The translations under genes were made by a program, and so were the position numbers. The notes under the pieces are model-generated. The model was given only the letters and a program-made list of their open reading frames with translations, was not told where the DNA came from and ran no database searches. A stretch of 62,378 nt of DNA, counting the filler, from Ionaspis alba (Eukaryota), in assembly GCA_964255285.1 (NCBI GenBank). It is 22 parts of 22 records of this genome, joined end to end, with 100 filler letters (N's around TTAATTAATTAA, not from the genome) between each part and the next. Parts side by side here need not be neighbours in the genome. Positions count along the whole stretch, not along the records: positions 46,376 to 49,065 come from CAXUUL010001264.1; positions 49,166 to 51,852 come from CAXUUL010001265.1; positions 51,953 to 54,569 come from CAXUUL010001267.1; positions 54,670 to 57,242 come from CAXUUL010001268.1; positions 57,343 to 59,824 come from CAXUUL010001269.1; positions 59,925 to 62,378 come from CAXUUL010001270.1; 16 more parts are not named here. The stretch is one strand, 5' to 3'. This document shows positions 48,209 through 60,479 of this stretch, piece after piece; positions within the stretch are counted from its first letter, which is position 1; each line of letters begins with the position of its first letter.

Positions 48209-49165
48209 GATTGCGGTTTGTGTTGGGAAGTCCTGGGTAAGGTTACTTGTAAGCGACAGTACGGATTTGAAGCTGTTAGAAGTAAGTTGTGGTCGCAAAT
48301 GCTGTGTAGAATGATCGCAATAGTACAGAAGGATGTTCTGTAGCTTTATGCGTGCCTGAAATCTAGGGCAATAGCGGGATGACGATTGGTGAACAGGGGC
48401 GAGAGCACCAACGACGAGTCATCCGTAGCCGATTGACTCATCAATTTTCACTGACACTCCTTTCTATTTTCGAGGAAAGAAGGTCTCACCACATAGAGAG
48501 CTATTGCCGCTATCATGCGTCACTACTTCGATTCAGGCCGTGTTACTCATTGGTGGCATCCAATTGTTGATTGACACAGTATTGAGCAGACCCGTGAGCT
48601 TATGTTTCAAGTGATTCTTTTCCTGATACGTTCCTCTGGAGACTGTCGTCGCATACCTGCATCTGCTCCACGTCCGCAGGCAGTCTGAACGCCGAGGTCT
48701 CACAGAATGATTGTGCAACTTTGAAAAATTGGAGATCGACCCGGTATGAAGTAGTAGAGGCTTCGGCGAGCAGGGGGTAAGCCTGACTGCACAAGAAAGC
48801 TATGGGTTTGATAACTCTTTTGGAGCTTCTCAATCCTTTGATGTAAAGGAAAATATTGGAATCCTCGACAAGAATCAAAAGAGCACATGAGTGGCACACC
48901 CAAAGTCGGCTCCAGACCCGTAGAAATAGCCAAGAAAATAGATATGGTTATAATTACAGTAGTGATTGATGAAGAACGTGGTAGTAAAGAGAGCCTTCGT
49001 TTCGACTCAATTTGACCTCGCTTACGTTCGAAAATAAACAATTCCTTCCATCTTCAACGTCGTCTNNNNNNNNNNNNNNNNNNNNNNNNNNNNNNNNNNN
49101 NNNNNNNNNTTAATTAATTAANNNNNNNNNNNNNNNNNNNNNNNNNNNNNNNNNNNNNNNNNNNN

Positions 49166-49980
49166 ATCTCAATCACAAATCTCTCGAACTCCTGGCCCCT
49201 AAGCTGCAGCCACCCCTCCAGCACGCTCCGCTCCACCTCCCGATAGCTATGGCCCACCAGTACGGCTATCCGCACTCGCATTAACTCTTCGAAGCCGCTG
49301 ACATCGGCCGTTAGATCGGCATAGAGGTCGTCGCTATCGAGGGTGGTCCAGAAAGCTTTGTAGTTCGCTTGTTCGAGGAGTGTGTTCAGCGTGCTGAGTT
49401 TCTGGACGGCTTCAGAGAGCGGGGCATCGCCTGCGGCAGGGAGAGCGGAGGATGCGGCTGAGGGGTGGAGGATGTGTGGAGGGAGGAGGTGAAGGCAGAG
49501 GGAGAAGTCGGGGCCAGGGAAGACGGTGAGGGCTTTGACGAGGATGTTGGTGGTTGTTTCATCGCGGGTGAGGTGGGGATTGAATTGGTAGCTGTGCGAT
49601 TGACACTTGGGTCAGTGTTGGTTTCCCTATGTTGCTTGAGGGTACAGCGGAGGATCTTGGGGGTGGATCAGATAGAGCTAATAAAATTGGCTTCAGGAAC
49701 GGGAGACTGATTCATGGTCTTTTCCGCTCGGTCAGGTAATAGGAAACGTTAAGTTCGATCATCATTGAGATGATGTTCCTGCTTTGAAGAATGTAAGGGA
49801 TAGAACCTACAGCTTCAGAAGTGCCAGATTTGCATAGCAGTCGTATGTGCGGTCCTCGCATTGTTGTGCAACATAGTCTTGGAAGACAGCGGTGGTTTCG
49901 GGATTATATCTATCGAGACCGTTCAAAATCGCATCGATGTGCTCCGGCCTATCCGGCGCATAGTCGAAAGCAATCCCCAT
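49166..49980 (-). CDS. Translation initiation factor 3 subunit K (eIF3k), 3'-truncated
   Basis: [20 protein letters not shown]...[19 protein letters not shown]...[20 protein letters not shown]; intron 49592-49810. Confidence 0.93.
49668..49765 (-). ncRNA. Intronic box C/D snoRNA (double guide) in eIF3k intron 1
   Basis: C box ATGATGA (49765-49759), D' CTGA (49735-49732), D CTGA (49671-49668). The D' guide ACGTTTCCTATTA is complementary to conserved LSU rRNA UAAUAGGGAACGU (one G-U pair). The D guide TATTAGCTCTA is complementary to conserved SSU rRNA UAGAGCUAAUA. Confidence 0.85.
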
Positions 49981-50394
49981 CTTGATACCTTCACAAGAGT
50001 TCTCTTGACCAATTGGGAATAATTCGACATCGGTATGGTGCGATAGGGCTGGAATTTTTAGGCGAGGCGGAAATTTGATGTTGTGCAACAATAAAAAACA
50101 TTTTCATCAACGTTCTTCAGCCTCGTCATTGATTTCAAACTTGAATCATCTACGATCTGTCTACCGAAATGTTCTAAGTCAAGCACGTATTCCAACCAAC
50201 TAACAAGGAATGCTAGGCACAAAAAGCTACCAAATCTAAAGCGCCGGGTATCAAAAAAGGGGAGCCAGAAAATGTTCTATCAGGCAGCAAATCATGTACC
50301 ATCGCTAATATGCAGCATTCAACCCAAAGCCCGAGACCACTCCTGTTGATACAATAAAGCCATAGAAGACTTCGACGGTACGAGCTCTTCCAAG

Positions 50395-51707
50395 CTACAC
50401 TTTCACCTGTTGTCGATGAGGCAGTATCCCCGGATTGCCGAGACTGTCCGGATAATGTGCCATCTTCGATTGTACCTCGCCTGATCGTCGAGGAGCGGGA
50501 TCAATTTGGGTTACCGCTGCCCTTTCATCGTGTGGGTCACTCTGGAAGTGCGAAACATCGTTAGAATTGCCACTGGCCTCCGGCATCTCACCGCCTGAAG
50601 CTGGAGGCACGATCTTCAGGCCTCCTAAGACCTGCCCCAAGTCTTGTAGGATACCCACAAACATCATGTGCAGTTCACAGAAGAATCTGTCGTCTCCAAC
50701 CAGCTCAGTGATGCCGTTCGGTCTCACGTTCGCTGCACCTCGTCGTGGATATCCATCTGGATCTAACGCACGCCCGGTTAGAAAGGACGACACAGGGGTG
50801 ACGTGTCCTCTCTGTGGTGGACTGTCGTCTTCTGCTGATTCTCGTGTCGCGACTTCCTCCGCCATCTCCACGACGTTTGCCGCGATTTGCTCAAAGCAGC
50901 TCCAGAGGAGAGGGCAAGCTTCGATGGCTCGCTTGCTGTCAGATCCAGCAAGAGCGATCAGGGCATAGTATCGCTGACGACCTCGAGCATGTGTATCTGC
51001 CAGCCGGAAGACGTAGGCGATGGTGTATCCTGCTTCTGGATCTCCAAACCACAATGGCCCAGACGTTTGTCCTCGGGGTAGTTGTTCACCAGAAAGAGTT
51101 CTGATGGTCGCTCTTCTTAGGGTTGAGAAAGTCTCAGATTCCACTGGGCTCGAATTGGAAACATACTCCAACTGGTGGGTGTGGCATGAAGTTTCCGAGC
51201 CAGTGGATTCAAATGATGAAGAGCCTGCGGGAGGACGGTATGAATCTTCGGATGAATCAAGATGATCGAGCCCACACGCATGAACCTCCTCTTTAGTACG
51301 CAGCGACGGGCGATCGCCTTTCCCCTTCGCCAACAGGACCGATCCTCCAAGAGTATCGACTACCGCCTCTTCAGGCAAACTCGCACGGCAGCTTGCGCAT
51401 CCATCTCCATCGCCTACTCCATGTGCTCCACCTAAACCGCTCAGAGGGCGGCCTTCGGCACGCAGCGGAGAGTATGCTGGGGTGTGTGTCGCACGAAGAT
51501 CGTCAGAAAGTCCAGGAGACGTCGCCGACTGAAGCGAAAAACAGGCTGAGCACGACGCAGCCAGAGCCTGCGTGCAAAGAACAGAGGTAGGTCCGTGAAG
51601 CTCACAAAAGTGCGCAAGAGAGAGCTGGTCTTGAGGGTCAGATCTCAATGCGGTTCGAGACAGCAGGAGATGCCTTTGAGGCAGGCGCAACTCACGACAA
51701 AGTCCAT
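50395..51707 (-). CDS. LST7: Folliculin/Lst7-like protein (longin domain)
   Basis: MDFV|LSLAHFCELHGPTSVLCTQ with intron 51625-51695; IRTLSGEQLP, WFGDPEAGYTIAYVFRLAD.HARGRQRYYALI. Confidence 0.88.
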
Positions 51708-52571
51708 GGAGGACAGGAAGACGCTGAAATCAGGTCAGCACCAAGACCCTAGTGCCACATGACCTTCCGTTGTGAAGATGACCGGATTGCGGGTTGAGGA
51801 TTGCGGGAACTAGCTGACGGCGGTTTGCGCCAGTCCACCAAGAACTTTGGAGNNNNNNNNNNNNNNNNNNNNNNNNNNNNNNNNNNNNNNNNNNNNTTAA
51901 TTAATTAANNNNNNNNNNNNNNNNNNNNNNNNNNNNNNNNNNNNNNNNNNNNCTCAAGCCTTTTCGGAGCCGAGCGGCGCCCGAACAGATGGTGGAGGCG
52001 GCTGACTAATGCAGGAAGTGGTTATTATTCTTTTGATCGTGATTGGGTGGTTGAGTTTTGCTGGAGGTGCTGCTTCACGTGGCTCGTTCATGGCAACCCT
52101 TTGTTCCGGCCATTGGAAGTGCGTCGTACCTCGATATCATCTCCTCTGGGATTGTCTCGAGTAGAGTGATAGCTCTCTCTATTGTCCGTGACTGTAGCGC
52201 AGAATCAAATGTGAAATCGAATGTGCTAGAAAATCCAAAAGTTCGAAAAGCGACCGCTGCAAAACGCTTGCGAATCTTCGAATGTGGGGAGAGCGGATGG
52301 GATCGGCAGGTAGTTGCTCGATCCCTGTCTGCCCGTTGGCCATCGCACATCGGACATGTCCCCACCCCGCCTTGCCACCAGCTTATTTCTTCGTTCTACA
52401 CAACCCACCTCTCACAACTCCATTATTAGCCCTCACGATATACTGAATTCTCACCATCGGTTTCTGTCATCAAATTCAAATATTCATCCTCCGTACATTT
52501 GAAAGATTTGGCCAAGCTGTCAAACATAAACTTTTCTATCTGAAGACTGTCTGAAACTTTAATTTGTCAGA

Positions 52572-54161
52572 ATGGTCGCAAACGATTCTCCTTCCACGGG
52601 CACACTTCGATATGACGAGAAACCTGTCTATACAACGTCCAACGGGTGTCCTGTCGCCGATCCAGAGGTAACCAATTCCTATCCTCTTAACTTTACTCGG
52701 ATATTGATTCACTTGGCATCATAGAGTTCACAACGAGTTGGTCAAAATGGCCCTCTCCTCCTTCAGGATTTCCACCTGATCGACCTGCTTGCTCACTTCG
52801 ACCGTGAACGTATCCCTGAGCGAGTCGTCCACGCCAAGGGAGCTGGAGCTTACGGAGAATTCGAGGTCACTCATGATATCAGCGATTTGACATCACTCGA
52901 TATGCTCAATGGCGTTGGCAAGAAGACTAAGTGTGTGGCACGTTTCTCCACCGTTGGAGGAGAGAAGGGATCTGCAGACTCAGCTCGTGACCCTCGGGGC
53001 TTCTCTGTCAAGTTCTATACCGAGGAGGGCAATTGGGACTGGGTCTTCAACAACACTCCTATCTTCTTCCTTCGCGACCCGTCCAAATTCCCAATCTTCA
53101 TCCACACCCAAAAACGTAATCCGCAAACTAATCTGAAGGATGCTACCATGTTCTGGGATTATCTTTCAACCCATCAGGAGTCTGCCCATCAGGTCATGCA
53201 TCTCTTCTCTGACCGTGGCACTCCATATTCCTACCGCCACATGAACGGCTACTCGGGCCATACCTACAAACTCACCAAACCCGACGGCACCTTCAACTAT
53301 GTCCAAATTCACTGTAAGACCGACCAGGGCAGCAAGACCTTCAACAACGCCGAAGCTGGCAAGATGGCGTCCGAGAACCCAGACTGGCATACCCAGGATC
53401 TCTTTGACTCCATCCAAAAAGGAAATTACCCATCCTGGACCTGCTACCTGCAAGTCCTCTCCCCCAGCGACGCCGAAAAATTCCGCTGGAACATCTTCGA
53501 CCTTACCAAAGTCTGGCCTCAAGGTGAAGTCCCCCTCCGCCCCTTCGGCCGCTTCACTCTCAACCGCAACCCCGAGAACTACTTCGCCGAAATCGAGCAA
53601 CTCGCCTTCTCGCCATCGCACATGGTCCCCGGCGTCGAGCCCTCCGCGGATCCTGTCCTTCAGTCTCGGCTGTTCTCTTACCCAGACACCCACCGCCACC
53701 GCCTGGGCGTCAACTACCAGCAAATCCCCGTCAACGCCCCTCTCCGCGCTTTCAATCCCTACCAGCGCGATGGCATCATGGCCGTCAACGGTAACTACGG
53801 CGCAAACCCCAACTACCCCTCCACCTACCGCAACCTCTCCTACAAACCCGTCAAGCCCTCCCAGGAACACGAGAAATGGGCCGGTGCGGCCGTCGCCCAG
53901 CAGATCCCTGTCACGGACGAGGACTTTGTCCAGCCGAACAAGCTCTGGGAGGTTCTGGGAAGGACTCCGGGCCAGCAGGATAATTTCGTGAGCAATGTCT
54001 CGGGTCATCTTTGTGCGGCGAAGGAGCCGACGAGGAAGAGGACTTATGAGATGTTTTATCGTATTAATAAGGAGTTGGGCGCGAGGATTGAGAAGGAGAC
54101 GGAGAAGATTGCCGAGCCGCCTATGAGTCAGGCGGCGGGGAGTGCGCAGGCGAGGCTGTGA
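52572..54161 (+). CDS. Small-subunit monofunctional heme catalase, peroxisomal (Cta1/CatC type)
   Basis: Complete; intron 52668-52724; FDRERIPERVVHAKG, heme-ligand RLFSYPDTH, C-terminal PTS1-type ARL. Confidence 0.97.
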
Positions 54162-54965
54162 GTTTGGGTTGGTGGGATGATGTGGAAGAGGTGATGGGGG
54201 TAGTGGCGGAGGTTGAAGGTGGGAATTGGTGGATGGTGATCGAGATTGATGATCTGGTAGTCAGATTGCTATCATGCACTTGTGCTTCGATGTACTTTTT
54301 CTCTCTCTTTCTTTCTACCAGTCTGTCATTTACTAAGTTGGATGGCATTGTGGATGTAGATAGCGTGCTGAGAATGAAGTCATGGATCACTGAAAATGAA
54401 GCTCCCTGATAAATGTGATTAGAGACAGGGACGAATGCACATATGCTCTGATGTGTTAAGTGAACCTTGAACAAACGAACCACAGTATTTGACTTTGGAA
54501 TTCATGCTAATTACCATGTATTCCCTAACGCGAACGGCCTTTCCCAAGCCACTGATTGATACATGAGAANNNNNNNNNNNNNNNNNNNNNNNNNNNNNNN
54601 NNNNNNNNNNNNNTTAATTAATTAANNNNNNNNNNNNNNNNNNNNNNNNNNNNNNNNNNNNNNNNNNNNCTTACTGACCACCCGGGCAGATTACCCAGAT
54701 CCTGGCAGCCAATGCAGAAAGGAAAGTAAAATATACATTGCTCACTGATCCCGGTTACCACGGATTATTACGCAGTCTCGTATCTGACATGCATTTCATC
54801 TTCCAATTCCTCAAAATTGCAATGATACCACACTTTCTGTGCGGTGATGCTGACGACCGCAGTCCGTGAACCATTTCCATATTTGTTGAGGCTGTGAAAC
54901 GTTGGAGACGAGCATACTATAAAAAGAATTGTTTCCCCCAATTCCTTTTTCCACAAACTGCATTC

Positions 54966-57242
54966 ATGGCTGCCACGGCTACTTGCCATGAACGCAAGCC
55001 CTTCGCCATGGCAAACAGCCGTGCAGAAGAGCCAGCAATCACGCGCAGCAGGAAGAACACTGCCAATTCGAATTCACTCCGTTTGCAACTTCCGCCGAAT
55101 GACCTCCAAACAACCATTGAGTCAGATAATGCCGATTCCGATCGCGATGAATACGACCTACGGGAAGACGAGGTCCAGACGGTTTTGGGTGTTAGCATTG
55201 GCAAGGAACAGACTCGAATCCAGTCACCTACCACACCTGCTGCCGAGAAAGTTGCTGCACTTGATAACATGGGAGGGTGGGGATTCTTCGATGGGGCAGA
55301 CGATGCAGAGCAAGAGGAATTGTCACGGAACACAATACAGAACTCGCGCCAGGCTGGAGAATTAGATGTTGGAGCAGGCACGCACGAAGTTCCATCCTGG
55401 GTGTCTCCGAGGCTGGCTCTCCCTTCGCCTTGGGTATCGGCGCCTAGGATCTTCGAAAAGACTACCGATCGTAAGAAATCGAATGGCATATCTCCAAACA
55501 GGTCCAGAGCGTCGACCGGTCCTACGGGCAAACTGTCGGATCTGAATATCATGCGGTTTTTGTCCTCGTTTGGCTTCTCAACAAACAACGAGACAAAGTC
55601 TTCCAAGGACTTTTCCTTGCCTAAGCTATCGTCTATTCTGGGCACGAGCAAGGAAATTCAGAACGATGAAGAGCGATCTGGCCGAGCTGGAAGATCGAAT
55701 TCGCTGTTTACACCGAAATTTCCTTGGACGAATTCTAGCCAGAGTGGCAAGGGTCGGAAATCGGGAGATGTGACCCCTCGAGCGGATTCGAGGCTGGGAC
55801 AGTCGAGGCCACATAGCAGGACAGAGTCGTTTATATCGAGGCCGACTCAACTTCTGACACGCAAGAGTGACCCGAACAGTATCCGATCTAATGAGACTCT
55901 GGAGATTGGTCATAACCGGTCTAAGAGTCTACGTCGTGTGGCATCAGATCAGAGTCTGCCGTCTCATTATTCACTGTCGCATGTATCTTCCCTTGGTGAT
56001 GACAGCCGTTGGGACAATGTACAAGGACAGGTCAATAGCAGGATGAAGGCGATCAAGGATAGTTTCCAGGACTCCAGTCTCAAGCTTCCGAGTATGCCTA
56101 GTATCAATCTCAGTGCATTTCGTCCCGATTTCACGCATAGACGAGGTTTGAGTGATAGCAGTGGCATGAAGAGCTCGAGCGGTGATCCTGCAGGGGACGA
56201 GGGATCCACTTTGCGACAGAGAAATAGCACTACCACTTCTGGAAGTTCAAAGCCAAGTCAGAAATCACCCAAATCGCCTCATCGCCATCTGGATGAAGCA
56301 TTGGAGCATTTGACAGGCGACATAGTGGTCATGGGAGGCTACCGCGGATCAATCTTACGATCAGCCACGCCTCCTCACCGCCAGCTTTGGGTCCCCGTCA
56401 AAGTAGGCTTGAACATCCGTAAAGTCAATCTGGAGGTCGGCTTGGAACCAGAAGACGAAGAGAACATGGAAGATCATATTTACGCCTCTGGAATGCTCAC
56501 CCACATTGGCCCGGTAGACATCTCACGTCGTCTGCTCAAACGACTTCGGCACTGCAAGAATGCCCGGGAAGGAAGATTGCGCGTCCACGACTATGGCTAC
56601 GACTGGCGTCTGAGTCCCCATCTGCTCAGCGCCAAATTGATCAAATTCCTCGAACGTCTTCCTTGCAATCAACCTGGCGTCTCGCCTCTCGACCGCGGTG
56701 CAACGGTCATCGCTCATAGTCTTGGGGGTCTCATAACCCGCCACGCTGTGAATCAACGCCCTGAACTCTTTGCCGGCGTCGTCTACGCTGGCGTTCCGCA
56801 ACACTGCGTTAACATCCTCGGGCCTCTCCGCAACGGTGACGAAGTGCTTCTTAGCTCGCGCGTCCTCACAGCACAAGTAAATTTCACACTCCGGACGAGC
56901 TTTTTGCTACTCCCAGAAAGCGGCCAGTGCTTCATCGACAAAGAGACCAAAGAGTCCTACCCCGTCGACTTCTTCTCCGTCGACACTTGGAAAACCTACG
57001 CCTTCTCGCCCTGCATCGCGCCCGCCCTCCCTGCACTCTGCCCCCCAGAGAAAAAGACCCTTCTCGGAACCGTCTCAAGCAGCCTACCATCCTTGCCCTC
57101 TCTCCCATTCAAATCCTCGGGCGCTACCACACCTCCCGCCAAAACCGCCTCAAACGCTGTAGCAGACACCGCCGCAACAGCAGCCACAAAACTCGACGAC
57201 GTTACCGAGCCCTCAACCCACACTCTCAACCCCCAAATGCAC
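54966..57242 (+). CDS. Alpha/beta-hydrolase of the LCAT/phospholipase-like group with a long disordered N-terminus, 3'-truncated
   Basis: VVMGGYRGSILR, YGYDWRL, nucleophile elbow IAHSLGGL, YAGVP; intronless ORF to the contig end. Confidence 0.82.
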
Positions 57243-58061
57243 NNNNNNNNNNNNNNNNNNNNNNNNNNNNNNNNNNNNNNNNNNNNTTAATTAATTAANN
57301 NNNNNNNNNNNNNNNNNNNNNNNNNNNNNNNNNNNNNNNNNNTCTCATATTTCTATGGCTTTCTGGTCGCCTTCTTCTTGTATTGGGGTTTCTCTGCAAT
57401 GTTTCCAACCAAGAAATAGATGATTGACTCGCCTTTTGTAATCAAGCTCCATGAGACAGGCCATTCATTGGAGAAACATGCACAGATCTCAGGTGAAAGT
57501 TGTGATAGACTCGAGCACCGGTGAGTGCAGCATAGAGCTTTTGGCCTCAAGCTAGCCCTCAGATTTCAGATTTCCACAAGGCTGCGTGTTATCCTTCACG
57601 GTACAGAAAGAATCCGTAGATCCAAAAAAATGGGAGAATGGAACGTCATGCGCGTCATAGGGACGACCCCAGTCCCGAACAAGCAACACGATACGCTATC
57701 TAAGCCGACAGTGTTGTGGATCTCCTCAACGAGCAAGCTCATCTTGAAATACTAACTGCGGAGACAAGGGGAACTGGAAAAGGACATCAAAGAATTGGAG
57801 GAAGAATCTTAGAAGGAGAAAAGGAGAAGAACAATGGAGAGAGAGAAATATTGAAAGGAGACAATGCAATTGTACTAGGTGAAGAGACAGAGAATGCTTA
57901 GGATAACAAAGAACAAAGAAGAGGGATGAACAAAGATACCCATTCCCCGACAGGGAAGTCCTCATCTTGACATTAGACCAAATAGAAAGTATCCATCATG
58001 TTTTTCTCACTTGCACATTCGAAACTTGGCCAACCTCCCGAATATCATTCAACAACTAGAT

Positions 58062-59042
58062 ATGGTGGGAAAGAAGGATTCGCCAGGGGCAAGCCTCTCC
58101 GTAACTACTGCACATGGGAAGACGGAGCAGCATGCACAACCCATCCGAGAACAGTTTGAGCCGCCAGCAGTATCTCCGGTGTCGTATGTCCTTCACGCCA
58201 GCCTCTACTATGTTCTACCTTTACTCTTCTTTACAAATTTGATCATTGCCGGCTCGATCATCATCAGCTATTCCGTATTCGCTGCGCAACCCGTTCCACC
58301 AACCTTTATCACTACGATTTCCATTATATTTGCAGTACTGATATTTGTGGCTCTCGTAATCTTTATCACCATCAGGTGGCGAGCTTCACACAACGACAAC
58401 GACATCGAAAAGCTTGCCCCCAGGAGTCGCACAAGAAGTCCGATAGAGCCGGGTCCGAACCCAGCTTTGGGAGCGATGGGCGTCCTCAAAGAAGCGAAAG
58501 CAGTCAGAGGACCGAATCCAGTGAAAGGAAAGCAAGCAGTGGCCAAGGCGGAAACAGTGAAGCAACCACAATCAGTTCATACACCTAGGACTCATCCGTG
58601 GATGTTTGACACGCAGCCTTTGCCGCGGGATCAGCCGCCCAAAACTTTGACGCGCACACCGAGTACTGCTAGATCAAATATCACAAAACCTAGTGGTGGA
58701 ACTTTTGCTGAAAGACAACGGGCGAAGAAATTGAGGTTCGTCGACGACTCGCAACAAGCTGCAATAATTCCTGTAACCTTGCAACCAGTTGCCATGAACC
58801 GTCCCAATTTCCATCATCCCTTCCGGAGTCAGCCTTCTGGACTCGATACGCTAGTGCATGGGTCCGGGCAGCCATTGCGAGATCGTCAACATGTCACGAC
58901 AGTGCCATCGGACGTCCAGGACCCACTGGTGTCGCATATGCTTCGAGGAAGTCTGGAATCTGGGTTAGGTCAGGAAGCTGTCCTGCACGACAATCTTCTT
59001 GAAGACTCAGGAGGTCGCCGGCTGAATCGACGAGGCCTCTGA
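58062..59042 (+). CDS. Hypothetical protein with two TM helices and a P/basic cytoplasmic tail
   Basis: 326-codon ORF from ATG 58062 with two long hydrophobic stretches. No family recognised. Confidence 0.55.
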   Translation: MVGKKDSPGASLSVTTAHGKTEQHAQPIREQFEPPAVSPVSYVLHASLYYVLPLLFFTNLIIAGSIIISYSVFAAQPVPPTFITTISIIFAVLIFVALVIFITIRWRASHNDNDIEKLAPRSRTRSPIEPGPNPALGAMGVLKEAKAVRGPNPVKGKQAVAKAETVKQPQSVHTPRTHPWMFDTQPLPRDQPPKTLTRTPSTARSNITKPSGGTFAERQRAKKLRFVDDSQQAAIIPVTLQPVAMNRPNFHHPFRSQPSGLDTLVHGSGQPLRDRQHVTTVPSDVQDPLVSHMLRGSLESGLGQEAVLHDNLLEDSGGRRLNRRGL

Positions 59043-60129
59043 AAGGCGTGACCGTCAGCGTCTCGGCTCAGCAAAAGAGAACGCCGTGGTCAGAGGAGTT
59101 TGAGAGAAATATGATAAACGCAGAGAGCAGGAGCATTGTATGAATATCGAACATAGAAATACCAATACTGTGGATTGGCTCAATCACACAGTTCGTTGAT
59201 CAAGTACTTCACACCACATAGTCCCCCCAACAAGCTGTATTCTTAGAGAATCGTGACACACGTAGGAATAGACTCAAACAAGCCAGAGGAAGTCGTTAAA
59301 GTGCGGCTGTGATAAGGCTATGCGGCAATCCACACAGAAGCCTCATTCCAAGCCATGTTTCAGCCACCTATCGAACGAGGCTCAATTAATCCCACAAGTT
59401 TGATGCTCTCCATGTAAGGATCGGGAATGAATTCAACCGCCCAAGGCTGTGCCATACATGCGCAATCCTTCGATTCTGGCACAGCGATTTCAGCCACCGA
59501 GAATTCCCTCTCATTGGGTATTGTGAGGAAAACTTTGCAATGATCATGGTTCTTGAGACCATCAGGACCATGCGAGACTGTGGGTTAGTGCTGGAGGAGC
59601 TGGCCGCGGCGTCTTTCAATATGGCATTCTCTGAACACCAGGCTATGCTTTGTTGGTAGCTCTTGACTGGGTAGTGAGGGTTATATGAAACCCACGTTGT
59701 CCTCCGTGTCGTGCTTTCCGCTCTTCTTTACATACTACTATTCTTTTCCATCTTGCACGGCGACGAACGACAATTATTCGCTTCCCAAATCCAAAGCAGA
59801 TTCTATACGGGTTTCAGAAGACAANNNNNNNNNNNNNNNNNNNNNNNNNNNNNNNNNNNNNNNNNNNNTTAATTAATTAANNNNNNNNNNNNNNNNNNNN
59901 NNNNNNNNNNNNNNNNNNNNNNNNCATTTCTCGAGGTGTTGCGCAGCCGACTCTTCAGAAATCAAAACACCAAGCCATAAGTACGATATTCTACCGCAAG
60001 ATCACACCACTCTAACCGCAACCCAGCGCCCTCCACGAACCCATGACTCCAGACGTCTCCAGCCTATTACCAACGCCTCCACAAGCCGGAAATGACCTCA
60101 GAGCTTCGGAACTGCGTGCGGAATCAGCA

Positions 60130-60479
60130 TCATATCCACATGGTCTGGGAGCCGAACGACAACATACCGCCCTGCTTTGGGGCGCTAGTGCCAGCGTTGC
60201 TGAAGCGCATTTCCCACTCGGCCAGCCAGACCTTCATGGTCTCAACACGATCTGCTGGACTAGTCATATGGCTGGCGACTAGTGTTTGGTATCCGTCAAT
60301 GTCTTTGACATAGCGTTGGATGTTGTATACGGGTACGCCGCGTGGCGAGAGCTCCGTCTGGGAATTGTTGTAGTGTTGGGGGTTCTTGGGACTAGATGCG
60401 AAGCTCAATTAGTATGCAGTTCTATGATACTGTTACGAATTCGCGTAGGGTCAGGGTAAGGGGTTGGGACTCACGCCAT
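60130..60479 (-). CDS. Small hypothetical protein (about 92 aa)
   Basis: ATG GC|GTGAGT donor, TACTAAT branch site and AG at 60404-60405 join to the ORF FASSPKNPQH...VWLAEWEMRF...WI*. The acceptor is an atypical GAG. Confidence 0.45.

Noticed and set aside
53166..54008. Long antisense or alternate-frame ORFs over catalase (also over PNS1, Tcp11, HMG and the hydrolase)
   Set aside because: Shadow ORFs arising from GC3-rich, skewed codon usage of the real genes. No recognisable domains.
2956..59924. Regularly spaced TTAATTAATTAA as a CRISPR-like array or biological repeat
   Set aside because: Always embedded in exactly 44+44 Ns, encodes stops in six frames and separates size-sorted contigs. 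It is an assembly concatenation linker.
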